A stretch of 64,000 nucleotides of DNA from the NCBI GenBank assembly GCA_963828195.1, contig CAWHDT010000001.1:288001-352000 (forward strand). Reading direction: 5' to 3'. Every line of letters starts with the position of its first letter. Position 1 is the first letter of the stretch. This document shows positions 1 to 8,624 of this stretch, one piece after another. The DNA is from Candidatus Bathyarchaeota archaeon (GTDB taxonomy: Archaea; Thermoproteota; Bathyarchaeia; Bathyarchaeales; Bathycorpusculaceae). The notes under the pieces were generated by a model. The model worked only from the letters and a program-made list of their open reading frames with translations, was not told the DNA's origin and did not search any database. The translations under genes and the position numbers were made by a program.

Positions 1-18
1 TCACAGCTTTTAGCCGAC

Positions 19-1005
19 ATGAGCAAAACCGCTTACCAAGGGCGCAAGCTCGGCGAAGCCGTTGATGTTTGGGAAAACATGCTTAAAGAAAAAGACCTCA
101 CCATCGCCATGGGCTTTGCTGGCTCCATGAGCACGGCGGGGCAGTGGACAATAATCAACTGGCTTATGGAAAACCGCTTCATCGACGTGCTGGTCTCCAC
201 CGGCGCCAACGTCTCCGAAGACATCGTTGACGCCATGGGGTTAGGTTACTATCAAGGCAGCCACATGGTAAACGATGAGCAACTTCTCCACGACGACGTC
301 AACCGATACTACGACGTATACGGCAAAGAAACCGACTACCGAGAAATGGAAACCCTCGTAACAGACTTCGTCATGACCTGCAAAACCGACTACAACTACA
401 CCTCAGCCGAATTCCTCTATCTGCTAGGCAAATACTTGGAAAAGAAAAAAATCCCCGCCATCTCCGCAGTCGCAGCAGCCAACGGCGTCCCAATCTTCAG
501 CCCAGCTATGGTTGACAGCGCCTACGGCGAAACCTTCTTGATGGCGAAAAACCAAGGCCACAACGTCACAATTGACTCCGTTAAAGAGTTCGACCAGTTC
601 GTCAGCATAGGCACAAGAACCAAGGAGGTCGGCGTTGTCTATATCGGCGGCGGAGTCCCCAAAGACCTCACCCAGCTCATCGCCATCTCAGTCTCACCGC
701 TCACATGTGACCAAGGAGTAAAAGGCAGAAAAGGCGGCTTACGCAAAGGCTTACAGGAATACTACTACCCCCACAAATACGCCATACAAATAACCACAGA
801 CTCACCCCAATGGGGCGGCTTAAGCGGCTGCACACTGGAAGAAGCCATCAGCTGGGGCAAAATCAACAGCCAAGAAGGAACACGAGCAGTCTGCTACTGC
901 GACGCAACCATCGCGCTGCCGTTAATAGCCCACGCACTCTGCGAGCGGGTTCCAGAAAAACGCAAAGGACCAGACATGAGCTGGCTATTCAAAGGCGTCC
1001 AATAA
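19..1005 (+). CDS. Deoxyhypusine synthase-like protein (second paralog); frame is open to the window edge, so probably 5'-truncated
   Basis: DHS motifs STGAN, IGGGVPK, GGLSGCTLEEAISWGK (catalytic Lys retained) and CDATIALPL. Confidence 0.85.
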   Translation: MSKTAYQGRKLGEAVDVWENMLKEKDLTIAMGFAGSMSTAGQWTIINWLMENRFIDVLVSTGANVSEDIVDAMGLGYYQGSHMVNDEQLLHDDVNRYYDVYGKETDYREMETLVTDFVMTCKTDYNYTSAEFLYLLGKYLEKKKIPAISAVAAANGVPIFSPAMVDSAYGETFLMAKNQGHNVTIDSVKEFDQFVSIGTRTKEVGVVYIGGGVPKDLTQLIAISVSPLTCDQGVKGRKGGLRKGLQEYYYPHKYAIQITTDSPQWGGLSGCTLEEAISWGKINSQEGTRAVCYCDATIALPLIAHALCERVPEKRKGPDMSWLFKGVQ

Positions 1006-1138
1006 ACCACCAATTTTTAATTTTTATTACCTAAACTGATGGCTCAGGTATAGTGCAGAGGGTTAGGTTTACATTCACGTTTAAATTTCAGGCAACGAGC
1101 CGCGAGCAGTTTGTCATAATCGAAATTAATCAAAGGTA

Positions 1139-1933
1139 TCAGGAGATGCTCTTTGACTTACGTTTCCTGTTACGAATATACAAAACCGATGCGCCAGCTG
1201 CCACAACTGCTACCACGGCTGCAACGACAACGTAAATGGCAAGAGTTGTGGTTGAAAGAGTGGAAGATGGAGCAAGTGTGGCAATTGGCCCGATGGGACT
1301 TTCCTCCCACCATGCGACAGTCGAATTGACTGTTTCGACTGCCTGAGACATTTCTTGTTGAGTGAGTCCTCCAGAATCAGTAATTGTCTGGTTTGCCTGC
1401 AGCAAGACGGTGCTGTTACTTGCGACGTCTTGAACCTCAACCAAGCCCTCAATTACCATCACATTAGCGCTGCCATTCTCATATGCTGTCGCAGTAAATT
1501 CAGTTCCTCGAATCCCAACAACAGCGCTGTCACCAATATCAGCTTCCCAATTATCGGATCCACCGGTCGCGCTTTGGATGTTTGCCCATTGAGTACCAAG
1601 CCAGAGCAATAAGCGGTAATGGTGGTGAGGGTCTATATAAGTGACATTGGTATTCTGGCCTAATAGGATTTTACCGCCTGAGAATTGCACTAACAGTACA
1701 CTATTCGGTCCTGTCATTATCATGTCCCCTGTACTTATAGTGTCAGAGGGAACTAAAGGTGTCCATTGAATGCCTCCGTTGGTGCTTATCTCCACTGTCC
1801 CAGATATCCCTTGAATGGTAATAGGTTGCTCTGTGGACCCATTAACTGCGGGTACAAGTGCTGGAATTGATGTGAATGCTGCCGCTACTATGATAGCCGC
1901 CATGATTAATGCCATACTATAACTGTAGCCCAC
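1139..1933 (-). CDS. FecR-domain secreted protein with a C-terminal membrane anchor
   Basis: N-terminal hydrophobic signal; FecR-like GDxIxTG...GIRGTEF...VxVIEGxVEV pattern; C-terminal TM helix followed by a basic tail. Confidence 0.7.
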   Translation of the reverse strand: MGYSYSMALIMAAIIVAAAFTSIPALVPAVNGSTEQPITIQGISGTVEISTNGGIQWTPLVPSDTISTGDMIMTGPNSVLLVQFSGGKILLGQNTNVTYIDPHHHYRLLLWLGTQWANIQSATGGSDNWEADIGDSAVVGIRGTEFTATAYENGSANVMVIEGLVEVQDVASNSTVLLQANQTITDSGGLTQQEMSQAVETVNSTVAWWEESPIGPIATLAPSSTLSTTTLAIYVVVAAVVAVVAAGASVLYIRNRKRKSKSIS

Positions 1934-2226
1934 ACTTGCGCCCTCTGCAAAGTTCTTCCAAGTAAAAGCTTTCCATCTCTAATTTAAAACCTTTGCAAAT
2001 ATGCCTAAAGAGTCGGTTAGATACAAAGTTGCACAAATCAAGCAACTTAAGGTTAGATGAGGTGCATCCATCGTATTCGAAGCATGCCGTATCCCATTGA
2101 TCAGGCGCTTGTTAGAATAAGTACATGAACCCTTGAAATCATGTCTAAACTTAGCGCGCGATTCGCGAAAAGGCTTTACTTTCAAAATAGGTAGTATTGA
2201 GGCTTTATTTGGCAAAATGGGCAAAG

Positions 2227-2280
2227 TGCGGAGGGTGGGATTTGAACCCACGAACCCCTGCGGGATAGGCGTCTCAGTCT
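2227..2280 (-). tRNA. 3' half only of a tRNA-Leu (long variable arm), probably with the 3' end of an anticodon-loop intron; no 5' half adjacent
   Basis: Minus strand reads AGACTGAGA-C-GCCTA-TCCCGCAGGGG-TTC-GTGGG-TTCAAAT-CCCAC-CCTCCGC-A; no D-arm or 5' acceptor strand upstream. Confidence 0.75.
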
Positions 2281-2465
2281 AACGTTTTGGCTATGTTTAG
2301 CAGAACTCCCGATTGGTTGATAAGCCGATGCTGCTTTGCTGTTTTTTTGAGCTTGTCTCCACTTGTCTTTTCCACATAGATATGATAGGTTGCTGCGATT
2401 AGTAGAAGTATAATTGATGGGACAAACGTGATGACGGACGAATCTGAGAAGGCGTCAGTGGCCGT
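2274..2465 (-). pseudogene. Probable VapC (PIN) toxin remnant
   Basis: Overlaps the antitoxin stop; begins (ACG)ATDAFSDSSVI, resembling the PIN N-terminal xxxDxS motif, then degenerates. Confidence 0.45.
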
Positions 2466-2688
2466 GGTCTCTGTCTTCCCTGATAATGTCAGCGGACGAT
2501 GCAGTAACACCTGTCTTTTTTTCAAGCTCAATGCTGAACTTCTCAGTTTCTTTCAAGACGCGCTTTAGCTTCTCAACCTTAACTTTTCTTTCAAGGCATT
2601 CCCTGACATCATCTGCATAGTCTAAATTGAGCTCTTGAAGTTCATCCGTAAGTCTTTTCGGAACTCTGACCACAATTACATCGCTCAT
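2455..2688 (-). CDS. VapB-like antitoxin (RHH-type)
   Basis: MSDVIVVRVPKRL N-terminus and SSADIIREDRD C-terminus typical of archaeal VapB antitoxins. Confidence 0.75.
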   Translation of the reverse strand: MSDVIVVRVPKRLTDELQELNLDYADDVRECLERKVKVEKLKRVLKETEKFSIELEKKTGVTASSADIIREDRDHGH

Positions 2689-2778
2689 AATAACAGTTCT
2701 CTGTAAACTAGAATAAAAAAATAATTGTCAACAGAAAGTTAACACGAAAATTAAAAAACAGCTGTCATGCGTTATCTA

Positions 2779-3750
2779 TTAGACATTTTTCTTTTTGTTA
2801 AGTCTATCTATTAGCGACGCCGTCATTATTGGCATTATTACGGTTGCGTCGCCTTCAATCATTATGCGTCGTGCTTTTTCGTTGATTTTTCCCCATGAAA
2901 CCGCTTCGCGTGGGCGTGCACCGCTGAGGCTTCCGTCCCACTCGTCTGCCGTGGTTATGTAGACGACGTAGTCTAAGCCGTCTTTGAATTGGTTCCACCA
3001 GATCGTGTGGTGTTTGCTGATGCCTCCGCCGACGATGAGGGCGCCGCTTTTTTTTGCGTCAAAAACGATATTGTTGAGGTCGCCTTCGTCTTTTAGCAGG
3101 TTAATTCTGAAGTCATGGTGGTCTTGGCTGAAGAACCAGAGTTGGTAGCCTACTGACCCATCAGTTATGCCGGGCACGAAGACGGGGATGCCGTGTTTGG
3201 CTGCCCAATAAAGAATCGAGGTTTCATTGCAGCATCGCAAACCGATTTCGCGGCATAACTCTGTGGTCGAGAGTTCTTTCTTGCCTTCTTTGTACAGTTC
3301 TTCAAGCAGCCCGATAATTTTTTTCTCTATAATCATGCCGTAGCTGTCGTTTGGAACAAGCACGTTTCCCAGGCGGTTTAAGCCTTCACGGTGCAGTTTG
3401 GAGTCGTTCATTATGAAGCTGCCTTTGTAGTAGTCTTTCCAGCAGCGGGCAACATCGTGGTCTAATGTCCCGCAGGTTGTTATGATTACGTTGACGAGTC
3501 TGCGTTTAACCATCTCTTTGATGACGCCTCTGGTTCCCGTGGCTACTATGTCTGCTGGAAACGATAGGAATTTGACGCAGCCCTCCGTTTTAATCATGGA
3601 TTCCATGATGCTGACGCCTGTGGCAAGTTTGCCAGCGGTGAACCCCCATGCCTTATCCATCTGGTTAACAAGCTCGTCCACCGACATCTGCTCGGTAAAC
3701 TGGTAATCTTTCACTGGTTCTTTGTGCTGTTTATGCGCTGTTTTCGGCAT
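2779..3750 (-). CDS. dys: Deoxyhypusine synthase
   Basis: TTCGTLDHD, NRLGNVLVP, GGGISKHH, DGSLSGARPREAVSWGK. Confidence 0.95.
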   Translation of the reverse strand: MPKTAHKQHKEPVKDYQFTEQMSVDELVNQMDKAWGFTAGKLATGVSIMESMIKTEGCVKFLSFPADIVATGTRGVIKEMVKRRLVNVIITTCGTLDHDVARCWKDYYKGSFIMNDSKLHREGLNRLGNVLVPNDSYGMIIEKKIIGLLEELYKEGKKELSTTELCREIGLRCCNETSILYWAAKHGIPVFVPGITDGSVGYQLWFFSQDHHDFRINLLKDEGDLNNIVFDAKKSGALIVGGGISKHHTIWWNQFKDGLDYVVYITTADEWDGSLSGARPREAVSWGKINEKARRIMIEGDATVIMPIMTASLIDRLNKKKNV

Positions 3751-3815
3751 AACGAATAGCTCCTTGCACTGGATAAATCAATGTTACAATAAATAGGTGT
3801 CGAAACGTCTCTGAG

Positions 3816-4706
3816 CTATTCTGATAGGTAGCTGATGATTCGCTGGTAAATGTCGTGGTCCATTGAGTCTTCGTAGCCCGCGTAGATGCTTGGGTTATCG
3901 TTAACTTCGACCACAACGTAGTCGCCGTCTACTTCTTTGATGTCCACGCCGTAGAGCCCTTTACCAACTACACTGCAAGCCTTCAACGCTACTTCCCTAA
4001 GTCTCGTCGGCAGTTCTTGCTTATGCAAGCTAACAGTTCTGCCCCAAATAACGGTTGGTTTACCCCGCAGTTTGGCGCCGTGCTTCCATTTACCCTTCGG
4101 AATCATGTACTTGCACACGTAGAGTATATCGTTGTTTAGTACGCCGACTCTCCAGTCAAAAGCCGTGGGAGTAAACTTTTGAATCGCTAAAACATCCGAT
4201 TTCTTAAAGAACCGTTTTGCTACATCTCTAAAGTTGGTTTCGCAGGCGGCTTTCTCGACGTAGCGGGAGAAACTTGTGTAGGGCGCCTTGATGACTACGG
4301 GTTTTCCCAGTGCTTCGAATATGTCGCTGATTTTTTTGTGGTGCAGTTCATCTTTGCTCAAGAAGATGGTGGGTATGTAGGGTACATTGTACTTTTCGAA
4401 TAATGCGTACTGATGGATTTTGTTGCCGCAAATAGTTATGGATTCAGGGTCATCAATAACTCTCAAGCCCAGCTCCCACGCCGTTTTAGACACAACATAG
4501 GCTGTGTTCAACGGGTCAGTTGTTGCCCTAATGAAGACCGCGTCAAATTTAGCGACGTCGGAGATGTCTTCACGAAACAGAAAATGAAATTCGCTTCCCT
4601 GTTTCTCCGCGGCTAACCTGAAGTTTTGGAGTGCGCCTTCCTCTCGGGGGTCAGTAAAATTATATTTCTCAACAAAGCAGGCGATTTTAGACACCGAAGG
4701 GTTCAC
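3816..4706 (-). CDS. RimK-family ATP-grasp ligase
   Basis: VIDDPESI...NK, PVVIKAP, FDWRVGVL, GLYGVDIKE, VVEVNDNPSI. Confidence 0.9.
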   Translation of the reverse strand: MNPSVSKIACFVEKYNFTDPREEGALQNFRLAAEKQGSEFHFLFREDISDVAKFDAVFIRATTDPLNTAYVVSKTAWELGLRVIDDPESITICGNKIHQYALFEKYNVPYIPTIFLSKDELHHKKISDIFEALGKPVVIKAPYTSFSRYVEKAACETNFRDVAKRFFKKSDVLAIQKFTPTAFDWRVGVLNNDILYVCKYMIPKGKWKHGAKLRGKPTVIWGRTVSLHKQELPTRLREVALKACSVVGKGLYGVDIKEVDGDYVVVEVNDNPSIYAGYEDSMDHDIYQRIISYLSE

Positions 4707-5388
4707 CCTGCTCAGAAATGAGCGAGACCTCTTTTGAAATTATTCGCAAATCTTGTTCGGAAAGCTCCTCTCTACTTACGGGTTGCAGTCCACAAAGATA
4801 AGCTTTTTCAACTGTTTTTTGTATGTGCAGTTTGCAAAGTGGGATTTTGAAGGTTGCAAAAACTTTTTCCGCAATTTTCTGGGTCTGCGAATCTTGGCTG
4901 ACTGTTTTGCCGAAGAAAGATTTGACTGAGAACAATTCGCCTTTTAGGGGTTGGGCGCAGACGGCGAATTTGTAGTTCATACCTAAGCTTTTCATGGCGC
5001 GGTACAGGGAGCTTCGGTTGTTTGCGAGTTTGTAGCCGTCGTAAATGAAGGGATTTACAGCGAACAGGATGACTGGGAATCCAAGTTCGTTGGTTATTTT
5101 TTTGACGGAGTCTGTAACGAGGAAAGGCAGTGTTGGTACCCCGTTTTTGGCTGCTCTGAGAAGAAGAATTGGGGTTCTGCTTGAGTCAATGATGTTTTCG
5201 CAAGAAGGAATCACTTGGCTGCCGAGGATTTCAGCGTGCATAGAAACGTAGTAGCCTGTTTTGAGGTATCGGTATTCGTTGTTGATGTTGAGAGTGGCTT
5301 CTTTGATTGTGGAATCTAGAAACGTCGCGGGCTTCATTACATGCGAATTAGAGGTTAGGTTGATATTTGAGACGACCAACACGGTCAT
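4687..5388 (-). CDS. RimK-like ATP-grasp N-terminal (RLAN) domain protein
   Basis: NINNEYRYLKTGYYVSMHAEILG..VIPS RLAN signature; overlaps the RimK gene. Confidence 0.8.
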   Translation of the reverse strand: MTVLVVSNINLTSNSHVMKPATFLDSTIKEATLNINNEYRYLKTGYYVSMHAEILGSQVIPSCENIIDSSRTPILLLRAAKNGVPTLPFLVTDSVKKITNELGFPVILFAVNPFIYDGYKLANNRSSLYRAMKSLGMNYKFAVCAQPLKGELFSVKSFFGKTVSQDSQTQKIAEKVFATFKIPLCKLHIQKTVEKAYLCGLQPVSREELSEQDLRIISKEVSLISEQGEPFGV

Positions 5389-5512
5389 GAGACACCAGGT
5401 TACTTAGAAGGCGTTATTCGTGGAGTTATATTTAAGATTAACTATACGTATATTCGCATCTGCAATTACCGCTAAACAAAAAGAGGCATAGACAACGTAT
5501 AAACCGCTTGAA

Positions 5513-6682
5513 GTGCTTGGGCCCGAACATGAATTTTCACTTGTAAACCCCGAACTGAAAGTTTTGCCCATATCCGACAAAATCATAAAAGAGTACTCTG
5601 GAAAAATAATTAATTTCATTGAGTTGCCCTCTTTTACGTTTGGAAAAGAACTGCAGCTGCATGTGATGGAGATAAAAGCGAACGAGCCGTTCAAGTCACC
5701 GATAGAATTTGAGGAAAGAATGCAGAACGCAGTCTCAACCTTAAACCAAATAGTTCACAGGCACAAGGGCATGCTGCTTGGAACCGGTATGCATCCGCTG
5801 CTTAAACTTGACGAGACCGCGGTTTGGCCTCACTACCACAGGAAAATCTATCAGGAATACGGCAAAATCTTCAACCTGAACCAACACGGATGGCTAAACA
5901 TCCAAAGCTTTCACCTGAACCTTCCATTCCAAAGAGAAGCTGATGGAATCCAGATGCATAATTTGCTCGCTAACCTCTGCGCTTATCTTCCTGCAGTCGC
6001 TGCTTCCTCGCCGATTTACGAAGGCGCAGCTGGCCCCGACGTTGACAATCGACTGCAATTCTACGGGGTGAACCAAAGAGAAATCCCGTCGGTTGCGGGC
6101 GAGGTCATCCCTCAATATGCTGACTCGTTTAGCCAGTATAAGCGCGATGTTATTGGACGGTACTCCGAGGATTTAGCTAAAGCGGGTGCAAGCAAAGCCC
6201 TGCTCTCGCGCGAATGGGTTAATTCAAGAGGTGTAATTTTCCGTTTTGACCGCCGCGCCCTCGAAGTTCGGGTGATGGATGAGCAGGAATGCGTTAAATC
6301 CGATGTTGCTTTGAGCTGTTTCATCCGTGCCGCCCTAAGAGGTTTAGTTGCCACTAAGGCTGAGCTTTTGCCGCATGACTTGTTAGTTAAAGACTTCAAC
6401 GCGGTGGTTAAGGAGGGGTTAAACGCTCAAGTCTCAAATTCCCTTGGCAAAACGGCAAAGCAAGTGTGTCGTGGCTACTTGGATTTAGCCCTTGAATACG
6501 CGGATGAAGATGAGAAAAAGTACCTTTGGATCATTAAGAAGCGGCTGGACCAAGGCAGCTTATCTGACCTCATACGCGCCAGAGTCCTAAAGCGCGCCCA
6601 AAAAACTGATTTTCATCAAGCAGTCATAAACGTATATTCAACCCTTATTAAGTGCCTCTCCGATAATGAACCCTACTTCTAA
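5513..6682 (+). CDS. Glutamate-cysteine ligase family 2 (GCS2) carboxylate-amine ligase
   Basis: GPEHEF, ELQLHVMEIK, GTGMHP, QSFHLNLP, AASSP, NSRGVIFRFDRRALEVRVMDEQE. Confidence 0.88.
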   Translation: MLGPEHEFSLVNPELKVLPISDKIIKEYSGKIINFIELPSFTFGKELQLHVMEIKANEPFKSPIEFEERMQNAVSTLNQIVHRHKGMLLGTGMHPLLKLDETAVWPHYHRKIYQEYGKIFNLNQHGWLNIQSFHLNLPFQREADGIQMHNLLANLCAYLPAVAASSPIYEGAAGPDVDNRLQFYGVNQREIPSVAGEVIPQYADSFSQYKRDVIGRYSEDLAKAGASKALLSREWVNSRGVIFRFDRRALEVRVMDEQECVKSDVALSCFIRAALRGLVATKAELLPHDLLVKDFNAVVKEGLNAQVSNSLGKTAKQVCRGYLDLALEYADEDEKKYLWIIKKRLDQGSLSDLIRARVLKRAQKTDFHQAVINVYSTLIKCLSDNEPYF

Positions 6683-6687
6683 AAGCG

Positions 6688-7242
6688 GTGCCTCAAATGC
6701 CTGAAGACAACAAAGGAGTTACCTACTCGTTTGATGTTTGTAGCCGATGCAAAATTATCTGCTGCCAAGACGCTAAACCGCCGCTGAGCGAAAAAAGAAA
6801 AAAAATAATAAAAAAATACCTTGAAAAGCAAAAGCTAAACATTGAACAACCATTCGCCAAAGAACAATATTCTTACCCTGCAGTTGACGAACAGGTTTTC
6901 TGCGGGCTTTTCAACAAAGAAACAGGAAAATGCTCGGTTCACCCGGTTAAGCCTGAAACTTGCAGAGCTGGACCCGTAACGTTTGACATAAACTTTTCAA
7001 CCAAAAAAATTGAATGGTTCCTCAAAAAACCCGAAATCTGCGGTTACGCGGGCATTTTGTACAGCAACAAAACTGATTTCAAGGATCATTTTGAAGTAGC
7101 TAAAAAAGAACTAACCCAACTTATCAAAGAATTAGATCCGCAGGAGCTACGTGTAATCTTGAAGATTGCTGAGCCCCATACATTCAAAATCGGAGAGGAC
7201 GACTTGCCTTTAGAAGTTGTGAAAAAGCTTGGGCTGAATTAA
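6688..7242 (+). CDS. YkgJ-family (CxxCxxCC) Fe-S/Zn cluster protein
   Basis: CSRCKIICC...CGLF...CSVHPVKPETCRAGP. Confidence 0.85.
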   Translation: MPQMPEDNKGVTYSFDVCSRCKIICCQDAKPPLSEKRKKIIKKYLEKQKLNIEQPFAKEQYSYPAVDEQVFCGLFNKETGKCSVHPVKPETCRAGPVTFDINFSTKKIEWFLKKPEICGYAGILYSNKTDFKDHFEVAKKELTQLIKELDPQELRVILKIAEPHTFKIGEDDLPLEVVKKLGLN

Positions 7243-7243
7243 C

Positions 7244-7573
7244 TTAGAGGAAGCCTGCGTCCCTTAATTTTAAGGCCAAATTCAGGTTTCCCTCAAAATG
7301 AATTTTGCCACTGAAAAAAGCTGCTTCTACACCAAGTTTTCCGTTTACAACATCAATAAAATCTTTTTCGTTCATTTTCAGAGTTAAGGTGGGGGAAAGT
7401 GTGGTTCCTTCTTTAACCTGCAATTTTTGGTCTTTTATGGCGATTACCCAGTCGCCACCGTTTACGCCGGTTACGTTTATTTGGGCTACGATATCGATTT
7501 CTGCGGCTTTTTCAGGGTTAAATCTTGCCGGTAAAGCTTTTTCGAAGAAATCCTTAGGGTTTTTGGCTTCCAT
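7244..7573 (-). CDS. SCP2 sterol/lipid-binding domain protein
   Basis: GGDWVIAIKD...AFFSGKIHFEGNLNLALKL. Confidence 0.85.
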   Translation of the reverse strand: MEAKNPKDFFEKALPARFNPEKAAEIDIVAQINVTGVNGGDWVIAIKDQKLQVKEGTTLSPTLTLKMNEKDFIDVVNGKLGVEAAFFSGKIHFEGNLNLALKLRDAGFL

Positions 7574-7630
7574 ACTAGACAGCTCTTGATTGCTATAATT
7601 TATTCTGTTAGGTTATTGAATATAGTGGAT

Positions 7631-8389
7631 TTATCTGAAGAGGTCTTTTTCCTTTGATCGTATAAGGGGAACGGTATGTGCGTCTTCGGTTGTTTGGTAA
7701 CTGTACCCTCGGATAATCGCGGCTGGTATCCCTTCACTCGCTTGACCAATCACTAGTTCCGCTGCAGAAGACAATTCGTCGGCTATTGCAGTTTGCTTTA
7801 TTCTTAGAACATATCCAAAGAGGTCTTTCTCGCCTCGTCGGTCTCTTATAGGCTTGATTCCTGCGACGCCAACTGCCACATTTATTTCCCCCAAACGCAG
7901 CGGTCTTCCATGCGTATCAGAAACGATTACTGCAACATTAGCTCCGGTTAACCGTTTTATTTCTTGTCGTATGTTTTGTGCGGAGGCGTTTGGGTTTTTT
8001 GGCAGTGGAACGACGTTGCTGTCTCCTGAAACATTGGATCTGTCTACCCCGGCGTTGGCGCAAATTACTCCGCTTTTTGTTTCTGTTATAATGCTGTTTT
8101 GTCCGATTCGGACTATTTCTTTGGTTTCTCTAAGGATAACCTCAACTAAAGCCGGATCCTTGTTTGTTTGCTGTGCTATCTCCTTCGCTTTTTTTGAAGG
8201 TTCAACTTCGTTTAGGTTAACTATGTTCCCCTCAGCTTTTGACACAACTACGTGCGTGACTACCATTACATCGTTTTCTTCTATAGGTGTGCCTTGTTTT
8301 TCTGCTGCGTTGCAAAGGAGCTTTGCAAGGGCATCTCCTTTTTTTATCAGCGGCAGATTTTCAATGGCGATTATTTTTATGGCATCCAC
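7631..8389 (-). CDS. cofE: Coenzyme F420-0:L-glutamate ligase (start moved to GTG 8389; the listed ORF extension runs into the IS end)
   Basis: LPLIKKGD, VVSKAEG, CANAGVDRSN, SDTHGRPLRLG, ADELSSAAELVIG. Confidence 0.93.
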   Translation of the reverse strand: MDAIKIIAIENLPLIKKGDALAKLLCNAAEKQGTPIEENDVMVVTHVVVSKAEGNIVNLNEVEPSKKAKEIAQQTNKDPALVEVILRETKEIVRIGQNSIITETKSGVICANAGVDRSNVSGDSNVVPLPKNPNASAQNIRQEIKRLTGANVAVIVSDTHGRPLRLGEINVAVGVAGIKPIRDRRGEKDLFGYVLRIKQTAIADELSSAAELVIGQASEGIPAAIIRGYSYQTTEDAHTVPLIRSKEKDLFR

Positions 8390-8451
8390 TTCTATGTTCC
8401 CCCTGGATTGAGATGGCATACAGAAAATCACATTAAAGCTTATCTGTATTG

Positions 8452-8459
8452 CTCTCTCT
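8452..8459. repeat. Left target-site duplication CTCTCTCT
   Basis: Identical 8-mer at 10894-10901, immediately outside the other TIR. Confidence 0.85.
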
Positions 8460-8624
8460 GGAACTGTAAAGTCTGTTCTACATTTATCCCTGATGGTTTT
8501 CTCTGTAAAGTTTTGAGGCATAATTGTTTTTCTGCTTTTTTGGAAGGGGCTGTAACTAAAAAGAACGTCCCAATTTATCCTGTTTTGGCAAAGCCTAAAT
8601 ACGAAATTGGAACAATCAAGTTGC

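Noticed and set aside
1979-2251. 90-aa ORF starting MGSNPTLRT
   Set aside because: MGSNP is the usual translation of a tRNA T-arm; shadow of the tRNA fragment
2696-2712. CTCTGTAAAC resembling the IS6 TIR core
   Set aside because: Too short, with no partner or TSD
5489-5512. Possible lost start codon upstream of the GCS2 gene (ATAG ACA ACG TAT AAA CCG)
   Set aside because: Cannot distinguish a non-canonical start, sequence error or true GTG start from the sequence alone
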